Made by a program: the position numbers and the translations under genes. The notes under the pieces were generated by a model that was not told the origin of the DNA, searched no databases, and saw only the letters and a program-made list of their open reading frames with translations. Shown here piece by piece: positions 63,233 through 64,000 of a stretch of 64,000 nt of DNA. Position 1 is the stretch's first letter. Every line of letters starts with the position of its first letter. This DNA comes from Marsupella aquatica. Its lineage: Eukaryota > Plantae > Marchantiophyta. Location: the NCBI GenBank assembly GCA_973895155.1, contig OZ316899.1:16333974-16397973 (forward strand), written 5' to 3'.

Positions 63233-64000
63233 CTAGCTCAATACCCGTGCGTTGCACAAAAGAAGTCGTGTCGGCCAAGATGTCATTGAGAAAAAATGAG
63301 GTAGTGTCAGCCAACAGGTAATGGAGAGAAAAGATGTCGTGTCGCCCAAGAGGTCGTTGAGAGTAAAGATCTCGTGTGGCCCAAGAGGTCATTGAGAGAA
63401 AAGAAGTTGTGTTGGTCAAGATGTTGTTGAGAAAAAAAGATGTTGTATTGGCCAAGAGGTAGTTGAAAGAAAATATGTAGTGTCAACCAAGAGGTCATGG
63501 AGAAAAAAGAATGTCGTGTCGCCCAAGAGGTCATTGAGAAAAAAAATGTCGTGTCGACCAAGAAGACGTTGAGAAAAAAGACGTCGTGTTGGCCAAGAGA
63601 TCATTGAGCAAAAAAATGTCATGTCGGCCAAGAAGTCGTTGAGAAAAAAGATGTTGTGTCGGCCAAGATGTTGTTGAGAAAAAAATGTCATGTTGGCGAA
63701 GATGTTGTTGAGAAAAAAATGTTGTGTCGGCCAAGACATCGTTCACGAAAAATACCCGTGCGTTGCACAAAAGATGTTGTTAAGAAATAAGATGTCGTGT
63801 TGCCCAAGATGTTTTTAAGTGAAAGATGTCACAAAGTAAAAAGAAGTCTTAAAAAAAAGTCATTTTGCCAAACATGCCATGTGAAAGATGTTATTAAGAA
63901 AAAGGTGTCATTTTGCCAAAGATATCGTGAAGTAAAAGATGTTAAAAGAAAAATGGGGTTTTCACCCAAGCTATTGTTCTGTGAAAGATGTTCTATGAAG
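63233..64000 (-). mobile_element. Helitron-type 3' end with ~39-bp minisatellite; runs off the window
   Basis: The minus strand ends GTGCAACGCACGGG-TATTGAG-CTAG|T. A second hairpin copy lies at ~63752-63768, with tandem gatgtcgtgtcggccaaga units. Confidence 0.75.

Noticed and set aside
63198-63770. Phe/Ser/Thr-rich ORFs
   Set aside because: These are translations of the minisatellite.

Overview
This is eukaryotic, transposon-dense DNA, most likely from a non-seed land plant such as a bryophyte, lycophyte or fern (inferred from element families and introns, not proven). No intact host gene is present. From left to right: (1) a degenerate Ty3/Gypsy element whose pol has a DNMT3-like C5-methyltransferase between protease and RT and a PHD finger after integrase; (2) a ~14-kb Mutator-like element with a GCM-like/MULE/SWIM transposase, a divergent multi-exon gene with a ParB/Srx-like domain and a possible methyltransferase-like C-terminus, and roughly 60 copies of one 21-bp palindrome confined to its non-coding DNA; (3) a truncated Copia; (4) a Sola-like DNA transposon split by a young non-autonomous LTR element with an Athila-type PBS; (5) a complete 19.8-kb CACTA element with TIRs and TSD, carrying EDM2-like PHD, tandem BRCT and F-box-like cargo, with a LINE fragment and a solo LTR nested inside; (6) Helitron-type 3' ends, Copia fragments and an intron-retaining RPL18a pseudogene fragment. 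Two related 2.4-kb solo LTRs have clean 5-bp TSDs. The best candidates for an undescribed system are the ParB-like protein plus palindrome arrays, and the DNMT/PHD-carrying Gypsy. All domain calls are by-eye motif recognition; no database searches were run.
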